DNA from: Candidatus Latescibacterota bacterium
GTDB taxonomy: Bacteria; Latescibacterota; UBA2968; GCA-2709665
Length of the DNA stretch: 64,000 nucleotides
NCBI GenBank assembly: GCA_963662665.2
Contig: CAXXJS010000010.1
Location: 320,001-384,000 of the forward strand
Direction: 5' to 3'
The notes beneath the pieces were generated by a model. The model did not search any database, had not been told where the DNA came from, and saw only the letters and a program-made list of their open reading frames with translations. A program made the position numbers and the translations under genes. Shown piece by piece: positions 25,690 to 35,944 of this stretch (its first letter is position 1; the number at the start of each line of letters is the position of its first letter).

Positions 25690-28098
25690 TTATCGTCGGC
25701 GCTGGAGCGATGCAATCCTGAAGATGCTGTCCCGTTTAATGTTCAGGTCGGCATTCAGGTCCTTGACGGTCATGTGAAGTGAGTAGCGACCCGGGTCCGC
25801 CTGTCCCAGGTCCAGTTCCACGAAATCCGACACCCAGATTTCGTTGCCGACCTGTTCATATCGCACCTCGATTGCTTCGCCGTCTTTCCGGATTCTGGGC
25901 AGAAAGGTCCTGGGCGATTTGTTGCTTGTGGACTTGGAGATGACCTCGAACGTCACTTCATATCGGGTATTTCCGAAGGCATCTTTTTCCAGATTATAGA
26001 CTTCGAAGTAGACGAAGACGGAGTTGCCAACGTAAAAGGTACGGGACGGCGCCGGAAGGATATCCCAACCCTGACGCACGAATTTCGGGTTGGATCCTTC
26101 TCGGGTCTCCTCCACGTTCTGAGCGATCTGGATGTCGCTCATCATGAGGTCGTCCCCGCGATAGTCGGGCAGTTCCAGGGTCTGCTGGTAGACCTGGAGC
26201 ATATCCGTCTTCTTTCGCCAGGCCTCCAACGCAAGCTGATACACGCCCGGCGCAGCGGCAATGTCGATGCGGTCCAGCGCCAGCAGGCTCCGGCCCAGGT
26301 TGGCGTCCGTTACCGGCACCGCGAGGTCGTCGCTTCGTTTGTGGAGCCGTCCGCTGCGGCTGTCGACAAGTGCGACGCGGCGATTGACAACGATGGTCGT
26401 GTCGATGTCGCCGGGCCGGGCCACGTTGTCAATGGGCAGCCCGATGTTGAGTTGCAGTTCGGTCTTGCCGTCGCGCCCGCGAAAGGAAAGGGCTTCGTAA
26501 TAGTAGTCCAGGGGATCCAGTGTTTCAAATGCGTATCGTTCCGGTTCTTTACTGGCAACCCTCGTCATGCGGGCCGCGGGAGAAAGCGTGTTGAGCCGGT
26601 TGACCATATTGCGAAACGGACCGCCCCGGCTTTGCATGTTGTATTCATTAATATCTTCCGGGCCAAGGACAGGTTCCGGCGCGTAGTCGAAGTTGCCCGT
26701 GTTGAATTCGTCCGTGAAGGCGATTTCAATGCCTCCGTCTATATCAGCGTAGATCCAGACGGCCCATGGAACGGCGGACCAGTCGCCGCTGGACGTTATG
26801 GGTTTGTATCGTTCCAGGCCGATCGAGGTTTCGTCGATTGCCTCACCGGGTCGTGAACTTGCGCGGACCTCCGAGTTGCGCCAGGTATTCTCGGCGGCCT
26901 GCGCGGAACGGATGGGGTAGACCGGACCCACGAACGTGAGGGCCAGGGCATTGTTTCCGTAAAGCTGATGGGCCATGCGCTCCTGGACGCGCTGGACCTT
27001 GAGGGGCATCTGGGCATTGAGTTCGCGCCAACTGGAACGGAAGTCGGGCTCTCCGTAGCGGATATAAATCTCGCCCCGCCGGTCGTAAGGGAACTTTTTC
27101 TCTCCAAAAAACGTACGGGCGTACCAGACCCGGCGGTAGTGTTCGACCCGCCGCATCGCGCCGGCCGACGACTTGAAGGGATCTTTTCTAAGCCAGAAAT
27201 TTCGCAGGAATATCTCGCGTGTTTCCGGTGTCGTCGTACGATATGCCTTGACTTCTCGGGAGTGGCCGACTAGCGAAATATCTTCGTACAGGGCCTGTTC
27301 CTCAGGCGTGAGGCTGTCGATATACTGCGAGAAGGCCACCAGCGCAGCTTCATAATCGCGGTCGGCCATAAGCGCCTGAGCGACTATCGGCAAGCCTCGC
27401 GAACCACCGAGCCGCTCCGCGATTTCCCGGGCCCTGTCGAGTTCCTTCTGTTTGAGCAGTTCAACGGCGAATTCATACGCTGCTGTCTGGTCGTTCGGGC
27501 GTTGTTCGAGATACTTCTTGTAGAATGTGTGGGCGGCCCGTTTGTTGTTTTCCCGCTGGTAGAGTTTTGCCAGAAACAGGTATGGCGCCGCGTAGTTCGG
27601 ATCCACCTGGATACACTTGTCCGCGGCTCGCCTGGCGGCCGTGGTTTTCCTGGAACGCAGGTAAGCGCGGGCCATCATATAGTGGGCTTCCGCGTACGTG
27701 GAATCCAGGTCAACGGCCCTTTGCAGGGGAATGAGGGCGGCGCGGGGCCTGTTTCGGAGTTGGAGGCGGACTTCGCCCAGGCCGAGATAGGCTCCCGCAA
27801 GTGTCGTGTCCCGGTCAACGGCGGCCTGGAAGGCGACTTCCGCGCTGTCCGCCTCCTGCAGCCGCACGTGCAGGTTTCCGATTCGGATCAGCATCCCGGC
27901 CGGATGGATGGCTTCGGGCAGAGCGGCGTTGAGTTCGTCGAGGATTTCGCGCACGTCGTCCATCCGTTCAGTGGTCTGACCATGAGCGTAGAGGGAGTCG
28001 ACGGCTGCGGGGGAAAGCGAGAAAACGGCGGATGGCGCCAACAGAACAATTACGCACATCCCGGCAATTAATATCGATACGGCTCCTACAGGGCGCAT
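25690..28098 (-). CDS. Exported TPR + GWxTD-type domain protein (paralog of 6510-8972)
   Basis: Signal peptide, TPRs, FWLRKDP...EHYRRVWYA...YDRRGEIYIRYGEPD, C-terminal VFVYFEVYNL. Confidence 0.85.
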   Translation of the reverse strand: MRPVGAVSILIAGMCVIVLLAPSAVFSLSPAAVDSLYAHGQTTERMDDVREILDELNAALPEAIHPAGMLIRIGNLHVRLQEADSAEVAFQAAVDRDTTLAGAYLGLGEVRLQLRNRPRAALIPLQRAVDLDSTYAEAHYMMARAYLRSRKTTAARRAADKCIQVDPNYAAPYLFLAKLYQRENNKRAAHTFYKKYLEQRPNDQTAAYEFAVELLKQKELDRAREIAERLGGSRGLPIVAQALMADRDYEAALVAFSQYIDSLTPEEQALYEDISLVGHSREVKAYRTTTPETREIFLRNFWLRKDPFKSSAGAMRRVEHYRRVWYARTFFGEKKFPYDRRGEIYIRYGEPDFRSSWRELNAQMPLKVQRVQERMAHQLYGNNALALTFVGPVYPIRSAQAAENTWRNSEVRASSRPGEAIDETSIGLERYKPITSSGDWSAVPWAVWIYADIDGGIEIAFTDEFNTGNFDYAPEPVLGPEDINEYNMQSRGGPFRNMVNRLNTLSPAARMTRVASKEPERYAFETLDPLDYYYEALSFRGRDGKTELQLNIGLPIDNVARPGDIDTTIVVNRRVALVDSRSGRLHKRSDDLAVPVTDANLGRSLLALDRIDIAAAPGVYQLALEAWRKKTDMLQVYQQTLELPDYRGDDLMMSDIQIAQNVEETREGSNPKFVRQGWDILPAPSRTFYVGNSVFVYFEVYNLEKDAFGNTRYEVTFEVISKSTSNKSPRTFLPRIRKDGEAIEVRYEQVGNEIWVSDFVELDLGQADPGRYSLHMTVKDLNADLNIKRDSIFRIASLQRRR

Positions 28099-28247
28099 GG
28101 AATTCCTTTCGGTTTCGAACGAGCCGGAGGGTTGCATCGGCGGATCGGGACTTCTCCCCGGGGGTGATCGTGGATTTCCCCTCGTTTTACGCCGATTGAG
28201 CCGAATTGTTTCAAGTTTTCGCGTGTGCTGCAATTTCTGCTTTCCGC

Positions 28248-28276
28248 TTGACAGTGAGGGTGGCGAAGGGTATACT
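28248..28276 (+). promoter_or_regulatory. Sigma70-type promoter
   Basis: TTGACA-17-TATACT upstream of the ClC gene. Confidence 0.7.
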
Positions 28277-28335
28277 CACCTGTCGAAATCAGCTTCAGGC
28301 ACAGCGACCTGCATTTGTGAAACAGGTAATAAACG

Positions 28336-30129
28336 GTGGATGTCGATCCCGCGCCAACTGTATTGAATGCCCCCCAGGCGGCAAACCGCTTCCGTAACCG
28401 GATCGTTCGGTTTTTTCCCAGGTTGAATCTCAGTGAACAATCCTTTCTGATCAGCTTGGCCATTCTGGTCGGGGTAGGTTGCGGAGCGGGTTCCGTACTG
28501 TTTCAATGGCTGCTGGACGCGGCGCACAGGCTGCTGTTCGTAGACGCGCCGGCACTTCTTGGTAATCCCTTCCTGTTCCCCCTCATACCTGCTCTGGGCG
28601 GCCTGGCGGCCGGGTTGATCGCCAGTTTCTATGCGTCTGAGGCGCGTGGCCCCGGCGTTGCGGAAGTGATGAACGCAATCATCACCAGGCGTGGCGTGAT
28701 TCGCGCGCGTGTAATGGTTGCCAAGGCGTTTGCGTCTGCATTCACACTCGGATCGGGCGGGTCGGCAGGCAGCGAGGGACCGATTATCCAGATCGGGGCC
28801 GCATGGGGATCCACAGTCGGACGGCTGTTCAGATTCTCAGAGGCGAACCTGAAAACGCTGATTGCCTGCGGTGCCTCGGCCGGTATCTCCGCCATTTTCA
28901 ACGCGCCGATCGCAGGCGTGCTTTTTTCGCTGGAGATCATCCTCGGGGACTTTACGATTGCCGCGTTCACGCCTGTTGTGATCTCTTCGGTGATGGCGGC
29001 CGTCGTTGCGAAGGCCTACATGGGAGAACGCCAGGTATTCGAGGTGCCGGACTATCAGTTCGTGAATCTCCACGAATTGGGATGGTACGTTATTCTGGCC
29101 GTTATCGCGGGAGTTGCGGGCGCTGTCTTCATCCGGTTGCTGTATGCCACGGAGGATCTTTTCAACAGGCAAGCCAACGGCATGCCTTCCTGGCTGAAGC
29201 CGGCCGTCGGCGGCGCGCTCGTGGGGCTCATCGGCCTTGGTTGCCCTCCCGCCATGGGTGTGGGTTACGAGATTGTAGGCGCCGCACTACAGGGACAGAT
29301 TCTGCTGCCCATGCTGGGTCTGTTGCTGGGGTTGAAGCTCCTTAGCACGTCGTTGACCGTGGGCTCGGGGGCGTCGGGTGGCTTGTTTGCGCCATCGCTC
29401 TTTGTGGGCGCCACGCTCGGCGGCGCTTTCGGCCGCCTGGCGGAGAAGTGGTTGCCCGGTGTCATCAGTCCACCGGGTGCCTACGCCGTGGTTGGCATGA
29501 GCGCCTTTGTCGCCGCTACGACGCATGCCCCCCTTACATCCTCGCTCATCATTGTGGAGATGACCGGAAACTACCGCCTCATCCTTCCGTTGATGTTCAC
29601 CACGGTTCTGGCCGTGGCTATGGCGCGTGTAATTGAACGTGAGTCCATCTATTCGCTGAAGCTCAGGCGCCGGGGATTGAATATACACCAGGGGCGGGAT
29701 CTGTCGGTATTGGAAAAACTACCGGTCTCGCGGATCGTACGCAGGGATTTCGATTTTATCAGGGAACACACTCCGTTGCGGGAGATTGTCGACCTGATCG
29801 GCCGCAGCAACCTGAACGATTTTCCGCTGATGGACGACAGGGGCGGGTTCAGGGGCATGATCTGGTTTCATGATATACGGGAAGTGATGCTGGAGTACGA
29901 TATGCACGCGCTGCTTATCGCCGAGGACGTGATGGGTAAACCCCCGCCCTTTCTCGAGCCCTCCAGTTCACTTGCCGACGCACTGGTTCAGTTTTCAAAC
30001 ACGGATGCGGATGCGCTGCCTGTATTTCGTTCCAATTCGCGTGAAGAACTGGAAGGGATCATTACCCGATCGGACCTGCTGCGCAGTTACGAACGGGAAC
30101 TCCTGATTCGCGGCCGGACGACGGGATAG
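28336..30129 (+). CDS. ClC family anion channel/antiporter with two CBS domains
   Basis: GPGVAEV, GSGGSAGSEGP, FNAPIAG, SGGLFAP, EMTGNY, C-terminal CBS pair. Confidence 0.93.
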   Translation: MDVDPAPTVLNAPQAANRFRNRIVRFFPRLNLSEQSFLISLAILVGVGCGAGSVLFQWLLDAAHRLLFVDAPALLGNPFLFPLIPALGGLAAGLIASFYASEARGPGVAEVMNAIITRRGVIRARVMVAKAFASAFTLGSGGSAGSEGPIIQIGAAWGSTVGRLFRFSEANLKTLIACGASAGISAIFNAPIAGVLFSLEIILGDFTIAAFTPVVISSVMAAVVAKAYMGERQVFEVPDYQFVNLHELGWYVILAVIAGVAGAVFIRLLYATEDLFNRQANGMPSWLKPAVGGALVGLIGLGCPPAMGVGYEIVGAALQGQILLPMLGLLLGLKLLSTSLTVGSGASGGLFAPSLFVGATLGGAFGRLAEKWLPGVISPPGAYAVVGMSAFVAATTHAPLTSSLIIVEMTGNYRLILPLMFTTVLAVAMARVIERESIYSLKLRRRGLNIHQGRDLSVLEKLPVSRIVRRDFDFIREHTPLREIVDLIGRSNLNDFPLMDDRGGFRGMIWFHDIREVMLEYDMHALLIAEDVMGKPPPFLEPSSSLADALVQFSNTDADALPVFRSNSREELEGIITRSDLLRSYERELLIRGRTTG

Positions 30130-30350
30130 GCGCCGCCCGGGGTAGAGCCGGACCACGTCGGGTCGCACCCCGGAGCAGCCGATTCGCCGTGCGGGTATTT
30201 GAGGTCGTGACATTGGCCTATCCCCCTGTTTTTTTATGCCTTTTCACTTGACTCCGATTAACGGATGGTTTATTTTTCGCTTCGCCGGGCCGCGCTGCAC
30301 GGGCACCGGATTTCGATGGTGGTTTCGGGGCGTTTGCGGGAGAGGTTTTC

Positions 30351-30812
30351 ATGACCCTGATGGAAATTCTTTCTGGAAGGTCGGTTGTTGCCGGGTTGAG
30401 CGGCGGGAACAAACGGGAGATACTCGAGGAGTTGGTCGATGCCGTAGACAGCGAGAAGATAACCGATCGAGGGAAGGTCCTGGAAGCCGTGCTCCTGCGC
30501 GAGGACATAATGAGTACCGGCATCGGGCACGGTATCGCCATTCCGCACGGCAAATCCGAATTTGTGAGCGAGCTTGGCGGCGTCCTGGGCATCAAGCGGG
30601 AGGGCGTTGACTTCGACGCGCTGGACGACCAACCGACGTTCATCTTCTTCCTGCTGGTTTCGCCGATGGATGTTTCAGGGCCGCATATCAAGGCGTTGGC
30701 GCGCATCTCCCGCCTGCTCAAGGGAGAGGCCTTTCGCCGGCATCTCATAGAGTCGGAGGACCGGGAGTCCCTCATTGCATGTATCGAAGAAGAAGAGAAA
30801 CTTCATTCGTGA
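30351..30812 (+). CDS. PTS EIIA (Ntr/fructose type)
   Basis: REDIMSTGIGHGIAIPHGK, DFDALD, HIKALARISR. Confidence 0.92.
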   Translation: MTLMEILSGRSVVAGLSGGNKREILEELVDAVDSEKITDRGKVLEAVLLREDIMSTGIGHGIAIPHGKSEFVSELGGVLGIKREGVDFDALDDQPTFIFFLLVSPMDVSGPHIKALARISRLLKGEAFRRHLIESEDRESLIACIEEEEKLHS

Positions 30813-31066
30813 ATTTTATAGTAGCGCCCCCCGAAGTGCGACAGCCTGCGATCGATTGAGTAGCAGGTTTTTTTTGTACGTGGAGTGAGATTACCAGTCC
30901 GGCGCAAGGCAGGTACCCCGCGTCTGAGCGGACCTCCGGCCCTGCCCCGGGGGTTTCGGCAAAAGGCCCGCCTGCGAGGTTCGGAACCGGCACGACGGTC
31001 CCCCTCCGCCCCGCCGCAGTTTTGATGTTTCGAACGCGTGAGTTTGCGTTTCCAGGTTGGACAGGG

Positions 31067-33163
31067 ATGTTTGGTCTATCGTTTTCATCACCGGCCGTGT
31101 TGTATGGATTGTGGGCCGCACTGTTGCCGCTGGCGATTCACCTGTTAAACCGAAGGCGGGCCGTGACCGTTGCGTTCAGCAACGTGGCTCTCCTGGAGAC
31201 ATTGCAACAGGACCGAATGCGCCGGGTCAGGTTGAAGCAGGTGCTGGTGTTGATTCTGCGCACACTGGTCATATTGCTCCTGGTGCTTGCATTCGCCCGC
31301 CCTGCGCTAAAAGGGGTGGGCGGCAACGGCGCTGTGCGGACGTCTGCGGCGCTTCTTCTGGATCGATCTCTGAGCATGAGTTACAGGGTGCCTGAGGGAA
31401 CCCTGTTCGACCGGGCCCGAAGTCGGGCGAAAGAGGTTCTGCACCTGTTCGACGCCGGGGACGACGCACGTCTGTTCCAGGTGGATGATCGCGTGGAGGA
31501 GATCGGGCAAGTCCGTCCAGACCGACTTGCGGCCCGGCTCGAGGTAATGAAGCCCTCGCACAGAGGGACGAATTTCCGGCCCGCGTTGGAAGCCGCGCTG
31601 GAACGTGCCTCTCAAACCGGGATTCCGAACAAAGAGCTCTTCGTCTTCTCGGATTTCGCCCGAAACGGCTGGTCGGAGGTACCCGATACGCTTTTCAAGG
31701 GTCGGGATATCACCGTGTTTTGCATTCCGGTACGCCCGTCCGATCCGGACAATATGGGCATCCGCCGGGCGTCTCCCGTCGATGGGATTCTTGCTGCCGG
31801 GAACGCTTCCACGCTCAGGGTGTCGCTGATGGATTACGGAGGCCCCGTCCGGCTGCGTGCGGCGGTACAGGTCTACCTTGACGGTCGCCGGATCGGTCAG
31901 CGTGTCATCCGTACCGAGATCGGTACCTCCCGGCGTCTCCACTTCAGGTTCGTTCCGGAAAGGGGGGGCCAGATCCCCCTGCGCGTCGAGCTTGGCGACG
32001 ACGACCTGGCGGCGGATAACGTGTACACGTCGATTCTGAATATCCCGGAGCTCGTCCGGGTGCTGCTGGTGGCAGAGAACGAAGACGAGACCTATTTCGT
32101 CTCAAAAGCCCTCGCAGCAGTACCGAACCAGGCAGTATCGGTCCGGTTGGTACGGCCGGATGAATTGAATGCGGATGTCTTGCAACAGACGGACGCGGCC
32201 TTATTGTTTAATTTGCCCCGGTTGCCCGCCGGGACGTTGAAGGTCCTGGAACATCGGGTGCAAAGTGGAATGGGCCTGATGTTCATCCTGGGGGATCGGG
32301 TGGATTTCCGGTATTACAATTCAGCTGTTTTTCCGGTCTTGTTTCCGGCTTCACTCGTGGGCATTGAAGGCGCTCCCGGGCAGGTCGACACCTACCACAG
32401 GTTGCGCGAACCAACGCCCGATCACGCGATTTTCCGGGGCGCCGTTTCGACGGAAGGGCTGCGAAGTCCCCGGTTTTACGCGTACTGCCGGGTACGGCCG
32501 GGCGATACGTCTCAGCCTGTTCTCCACTTCCGGAACGGCGACCCTGCGCTTGCCGAAACCAGTATTGGGGGTGGTCGTGTGGTGTTGTTTGCCGCCGGCT
32601 TGAAAACCGATCTGCGTTGGACCGACCTGCCTCTCACAGGGTTTTTCGTTCCGTTTATACATCGACTCAGCCGGTATCTGGCGGCAGGATCTCCCGGTCA
32701 GACCGATTATTCCGTGGGCGATACGGTGTTTCGGAACCGGTCAGATGTCCTGGCCCGCGAAGCCCTTCTGAAGCCACCCGCGGGGGAGGCGCGAACGATC
32801 TGGCCGGAACAACGTGGCGTACACTCGGTGTGGCCGGTCGGCGAGGTGGATATTCCCGGTATATGGGAGATTTACGCAAGGGACCGACTGGCGGACCGAT
32901 TCGCCGTTCATATCGATGCCCGTGAAGGGGACCCTGCGTCCGTTTCGGCACAGCGGCTGGAAAGAACGTTCGCGGGGGCCCGTCTCCGATTTGTGGAACC
33001 GCAGGCTTCACTGGCGCGCGCAGTCCGGGAAGCGCGTGGGGGACGGGAACTTTGGCGGCTTGCTCTGGGCCTGGCGCTCGTGTTGTTGATCGCTGAAGCC
33101 ATCGTGGTGCGATCGGAACGACAGGGCAGGCGAGTCCGAACGGCGCCCCCGTCCACTGTCTGA
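31067..33163 (+). CDS. BatA-domain/VWA membrane protein
   Basis: PLAIHLLNRRR...FS, LILRTL...LAFARP, MIDAS-like DRSLSM, FSDF, C-terminal ELWR + TM. Confidence 0.85.
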   Translation: MFGLSFSSPAVLYGLWAALLPLAIHLLNRRRAVTVAFSNVALLETLQQDRMRRVRLKQVLVLILRTLVILLLVLAFARPALKGVGGNGAVRTSAALLLDRSLSMSYRVPEGTLFDRARSRAKEVLHLFDAGDDARLFQVDDRVEEIGQVRPDRLAARLEVMKPSHRGTNFRPALEAALERASQTGIPNKELFVFSDFARNGWSEVPDTLFKGRDITVFCIPVRPSDPDNMGIRRASPVDGILAAGNASTLRVSLMDYGGPVRLRAAVQVYLDGRRIGQRVIRTEIGTSRRLHFRFVPERGGQIPLRVELGDDDLAADNVYTSILNIPELVRVLLVAENEDETYFVSKALAAVPNQAVSVRLVRPDELNADVLQQTDAALLFNLPRLPAGTLKVLEHRVQSGMGLMFILGDRVDFRYYNSAVFPVLFPASLVGIEGAPGQVDTYHRLREPTPDHAIFRGAVSTEGLRSPRFYAYCRVRPGDTSQPVLHFRNGDPALAETSIGGGRVVLFAAGLKTDLRWTDLPLTGFFVPFIHRLSRYLAAGSPGQTDYSVGDTVFRNRSDVLAREALLKPPAGEARTIWPEQRGVHSVWPVGEVDIPGIWEIYARDRLADRFAVHIDAREGDPASVSAQRLERTFAGARLRFVEPQASLARAVREARGGRELWRLALGLALVLLIAEAIVVRSERQGRRVRTAPPSTV

Positions 33164-33324
33164 GAAACGCCCCGCAACGACGCGCAAGGACATATGTCGA
33201 CGACCGGCTGCACAACCCTCGTCCAGGCGGTGTGGTCGCCCGTTGCATCGCGGCGGATCGCCGCCTGGCGTCTGGCACTGGATCGCGTAATTAAATGTTT
33301 TTAAAGTAAGTTATTAGTTTAGTC

Positions 33325-33353
33325 TTGACTTTTTATTGGGGGGCTCGTATTTT
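33325..33353 (+). promoter_or_regulatory. Putative topA promoter with AT-rich upstream element
   Basis: TTGACT-17-TATTTT preceded by an AT-rich tract. Confidence 0.5.
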
Positions 33354-33518
33354 TGAGTCGGATGCGTTACGTGCGTCGTACGATGAACCCGGAGAGATCG
33401 CCAGGCGGCGCTTTTCTAAGGTATGTGAACCTGCCGCCGGGCGTTAAACAACGTGCCCGAACCGTGGTGAGTCACTCGATGATATTATTCGAAGTGGCTC
33501 GTTCTTTTGGGAGACAAT

Positions 33519-35822
33519 ATGCCGGATGCGCTTGTGGTGGTCGAGTCGCCTGCCAAGGCGAAAACGATCAACAAATTCCTCGGAAAAAAATTCAGGGTTA
33601 TGGCCAGCATGGGCCACGTGCGGGACCTGCCCCAGAAGGAACTGGGCATTGACGTCGAAAACGGGTTCAAACCCACGTACCGGACCATTCGCGGACGCGA
33701 TAAATTCGTCAAGGAGCTCCGGTCGGCCGCACGGTCGGCCGGCCAATTGATTCTGGCGACGGATCCCGACCGGGAGGGCGAAGCCATTGCCTGGCACGTG
33801 GCCGAAGCGCTCAAGCGGGGAGGCGATGCACAGCGGGTGATGTTCAACGAGATTACGGAACGGGCGGTGAGGGAGGCGGTGGCCAACCCTTCCAGGATCG
33901 ACTCCAGAAAAGTAGACGCGCAGCAGGCCCGCAGGGTTCTGGATCGCCTCGTGGGGTACAAGGTCAGCCCGCTTCTGTGGAAAACGGTTCATGGCGGTTT
34001 GAGCGCGGGGCGGGTTCAATCGGTTGCGCTTCGCCTGATCTGCGAGCGCGAGGCGGCGATTGTCGCGTTTGTTCCGAAAGAATACTGGACGGTAGACGTA
34101 AAGTTGAAGCGGGAGGATACCGTCCCGTTCAAAGCGCGCTTATTCCGGCACAAAGGCGAGAAGAGGGAGATAAAGAACCGGAATGAGGTGGACGCTATTT
34201 TATCGGACCTTCGGGAGCTGTCGGCGGATCCCGGGGAAATTCCCGCAGACGCGAATGCGTTGAATGAATCCATCGGTTCAGGATATCGGATCGCAGACGT
34301 AAAACGACGGGAACAGCGGCGCAATCCGGCCCCGCCCTTCATTACGAGCACGCTCCAGCAGGAGGCGTCCCGAAGGCTGCGGTTTACCGCACGCAAGACG
34401 ATGCAGGTTGCACAACAGCTATACGAGGGGGTTGAGGTTGGCGGCGAGACGACGGATGCGGCTGAAACGACCGGACTGATCACGTATATGCGAACCGACT
34501 CCACCCGGCTGGCAAACGAGGCCGTCTCCGCGGCGAGGGACTACATCCGTCAACGGTTCGGAAAAGCCTATCTCCCGCCCCGTGCCAGGTCCTACCGGAA
34601 GGGGCAGGGGGCACAGGATGCCCACGAGGCGATCCGGCCCACCGGTATCGAATTTTCACCGGAGGCCGTCAAGGAAAATCTGACGACGGATCAGGCAAGA
34701 CTGTATCGACTGATCTGGGATCGGTTTATCGCGTGCCAGATGGCGCCTGCCGTATACAATCGGACGACGGTAGATATCCGCGCGGGCGAGTACGAATTGC
34801 GCGCAACCGGTTCGGAGTTGAAGTTCGCCGGCTTTACGGCGCTATATACCGAAGGGACGGACGAAGAGAAGGAGGAGAACCAGACGCGTCTTCCTGAAGG
34901 GTTGAATAAGGGCGACTCACTGATGATGATGGCGCTGTTGCCAGAGCAGCATTTCACAAAGCCCCCGCCGCGGTTTTCCGAGGCGACCCTCGTCAAGGAG
35001 TTGGAGTCGCGTGAAATTGGCCGCCCCAGTACATATGCTCAGATTATCAGCACGCTCCAGGATAGGGACTATACGGAAAAAAATGGCGGCCGGTTTGCGC
35101 CGACCGATCTGGGTCGCACGGTCAACGACATTCTGGCGCAGGCGTTTCCAGATGTCTTTAACGTGGACTTCACGGCCCGAATGGAAGATGAACTCGACCA
35201 GGTCGAAAATGGCGAGGTGGGCTGGGTGAAGGTGGTGGAAGATTTCTATGGGCCGTTTTCCAGGGATCTTGACCGGGCCGAAGGCCAGCGAAGACAATTG
35301 AAGGCCTCGCTTCAGGAGAAGACCGACAGAATCTGCGAGAAGTGCGGCAACGTCTTTGTTATCAAATGGGGCCGAAACGGGCGCTTCCTGGCCTGTTCCG
35401 GATTTCCGGAGTGTCGCAACACCCATCCACTCGAGGCTCCCGAGCAGGAACCATCGGGCGAGGTGTGCGAGAAATGCGGATCGGAAATGGCGATCCGTAC
35501 GGGACGGAATGGGCGTTTTCTGGCATGCTCGGCGTACCCCGAGTGCAGAAATACGCGGTCGATTTCGACGGGAGTGCCCTGCACGCAGAAGGATTGCGAC
35601 GGACAGCTCAAGGAACGCAGCAGTCGACGGGGCAGGACGTTCTTCAGTTGCGGCAATTTCCCGAAATGCACGTACGCGAGTTGGGACCGGCCGTTGAACC
35701 TGCCATGCCCGGTGTGTGAAGGACCGTTTCTGGCAGAGCATACCGGTCGAAACGGGCGGACGTCCGTGCGGTGCCTGAAATGCAGGCATACGGCGCCGGA
35801 TCGGGAGAACGAAAAAGCGTAA
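33519..35822 (+). CDS. topA: DNA topoisomerase I with C-terminal zinc ribbons
   Basis: VVVESPAKAK, GHVRDL, ATDPDREGEAI, SAGRVQS, LITYMRTDS, QDAHEAIRPT, GRPSTY, C4 repeats. Confidence 0.97.
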   Translation: MPDALVVVESPAKAKTINKFLGKKFRVMASMGHVRDLPQKELGIDVENGFKPTYRTIRGRDKFVKELRSAARSAGQLILATDPDREGEAIAWHVAEALKRGGDAQRVMFNEITERAVREAVANPSRIDSRKVDAQQARRVLDRLVGYKVSPLLWKTVHGGLSAGRVQSVALRLICEREAAIVAFVPKEYWTVDVKLKREDTVPFKARLFRHKGEKREIKNRNEVDAILSDLRELSADPGEIPADANALNESIGSGYRIADVKRREQRRNPAPPFITSTLQQEASRRLRFTARKTMQVAQQLYEGVEVGGETTDAAETTGLITYMRTDSTRLANEAVSAARDYIRQRFGKAYLPPRARSYRKGQGAQDAHEAIRPTGIEFSPEAVKENLTTDQARLYRLIWDRFIACQMAPAVYNRTTVDIRAGEYELRATGSELKFAGFTALYTEGTDEEKEENQTRLPEGLNKGDSLMMMALLPEQHFTKPPPRFSEATLVKELESREIGRPSTYAQIISTLQDRDYTEKNGGRFAPTDLGRTVNDILAQAFPDVFNVDFTARMEDELDQVENGEVGWVKVVEDFYGPFSRDLDRAEGQRRQLKASLQEKTDRICEKCGNVFVIKWGRNGRFLACSGFPECRNTHPLEAPEQEPSGEVCEKCGSEMAIRTGRNGRFLACSAYPECRNTRSISTGVPCTQKDCDGQLKERSSRRGRTFFSCGNFPKCTYASWDRPLNLPCPVCEGPFLAEHTGRNGRTSVRCLKCRHTAPDRENEKA

Positions 35823-35944
35823 GCAGGACGTCGCGCGGTTCCTGGCGCCCCCGGTTCGAACCGGAAACCGACCAGGCCCGTCCACGGGTCCGCGAACGTT
35901 TCTACCGGGCCGGGTCACCGTACACACTGCAGGAACTCCTTTAT

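Noticed and set aside
28280-28335. Fluoride riboswitch upstream of the ClC gene
   Set aside because: No GGCGATGG...TGATG consensus, and the protein lacks the CLC-F GNN/GREGT motifs.
30830-31030. GC-rich intergenic region as SRP/6S RNA or riboswitch
   Set aside because: No conserved signature recognised; only a weak terminator-like stem with a T-tract.
33286-33320. AT-rich TAA(T/C)T...AGTTA-like tracts (also near 41608 and 22570) as dif/Xer sites
   Set aside because: Spacing is inconsistent and the match to dif is poor; more simply promoter-upstream sequence.
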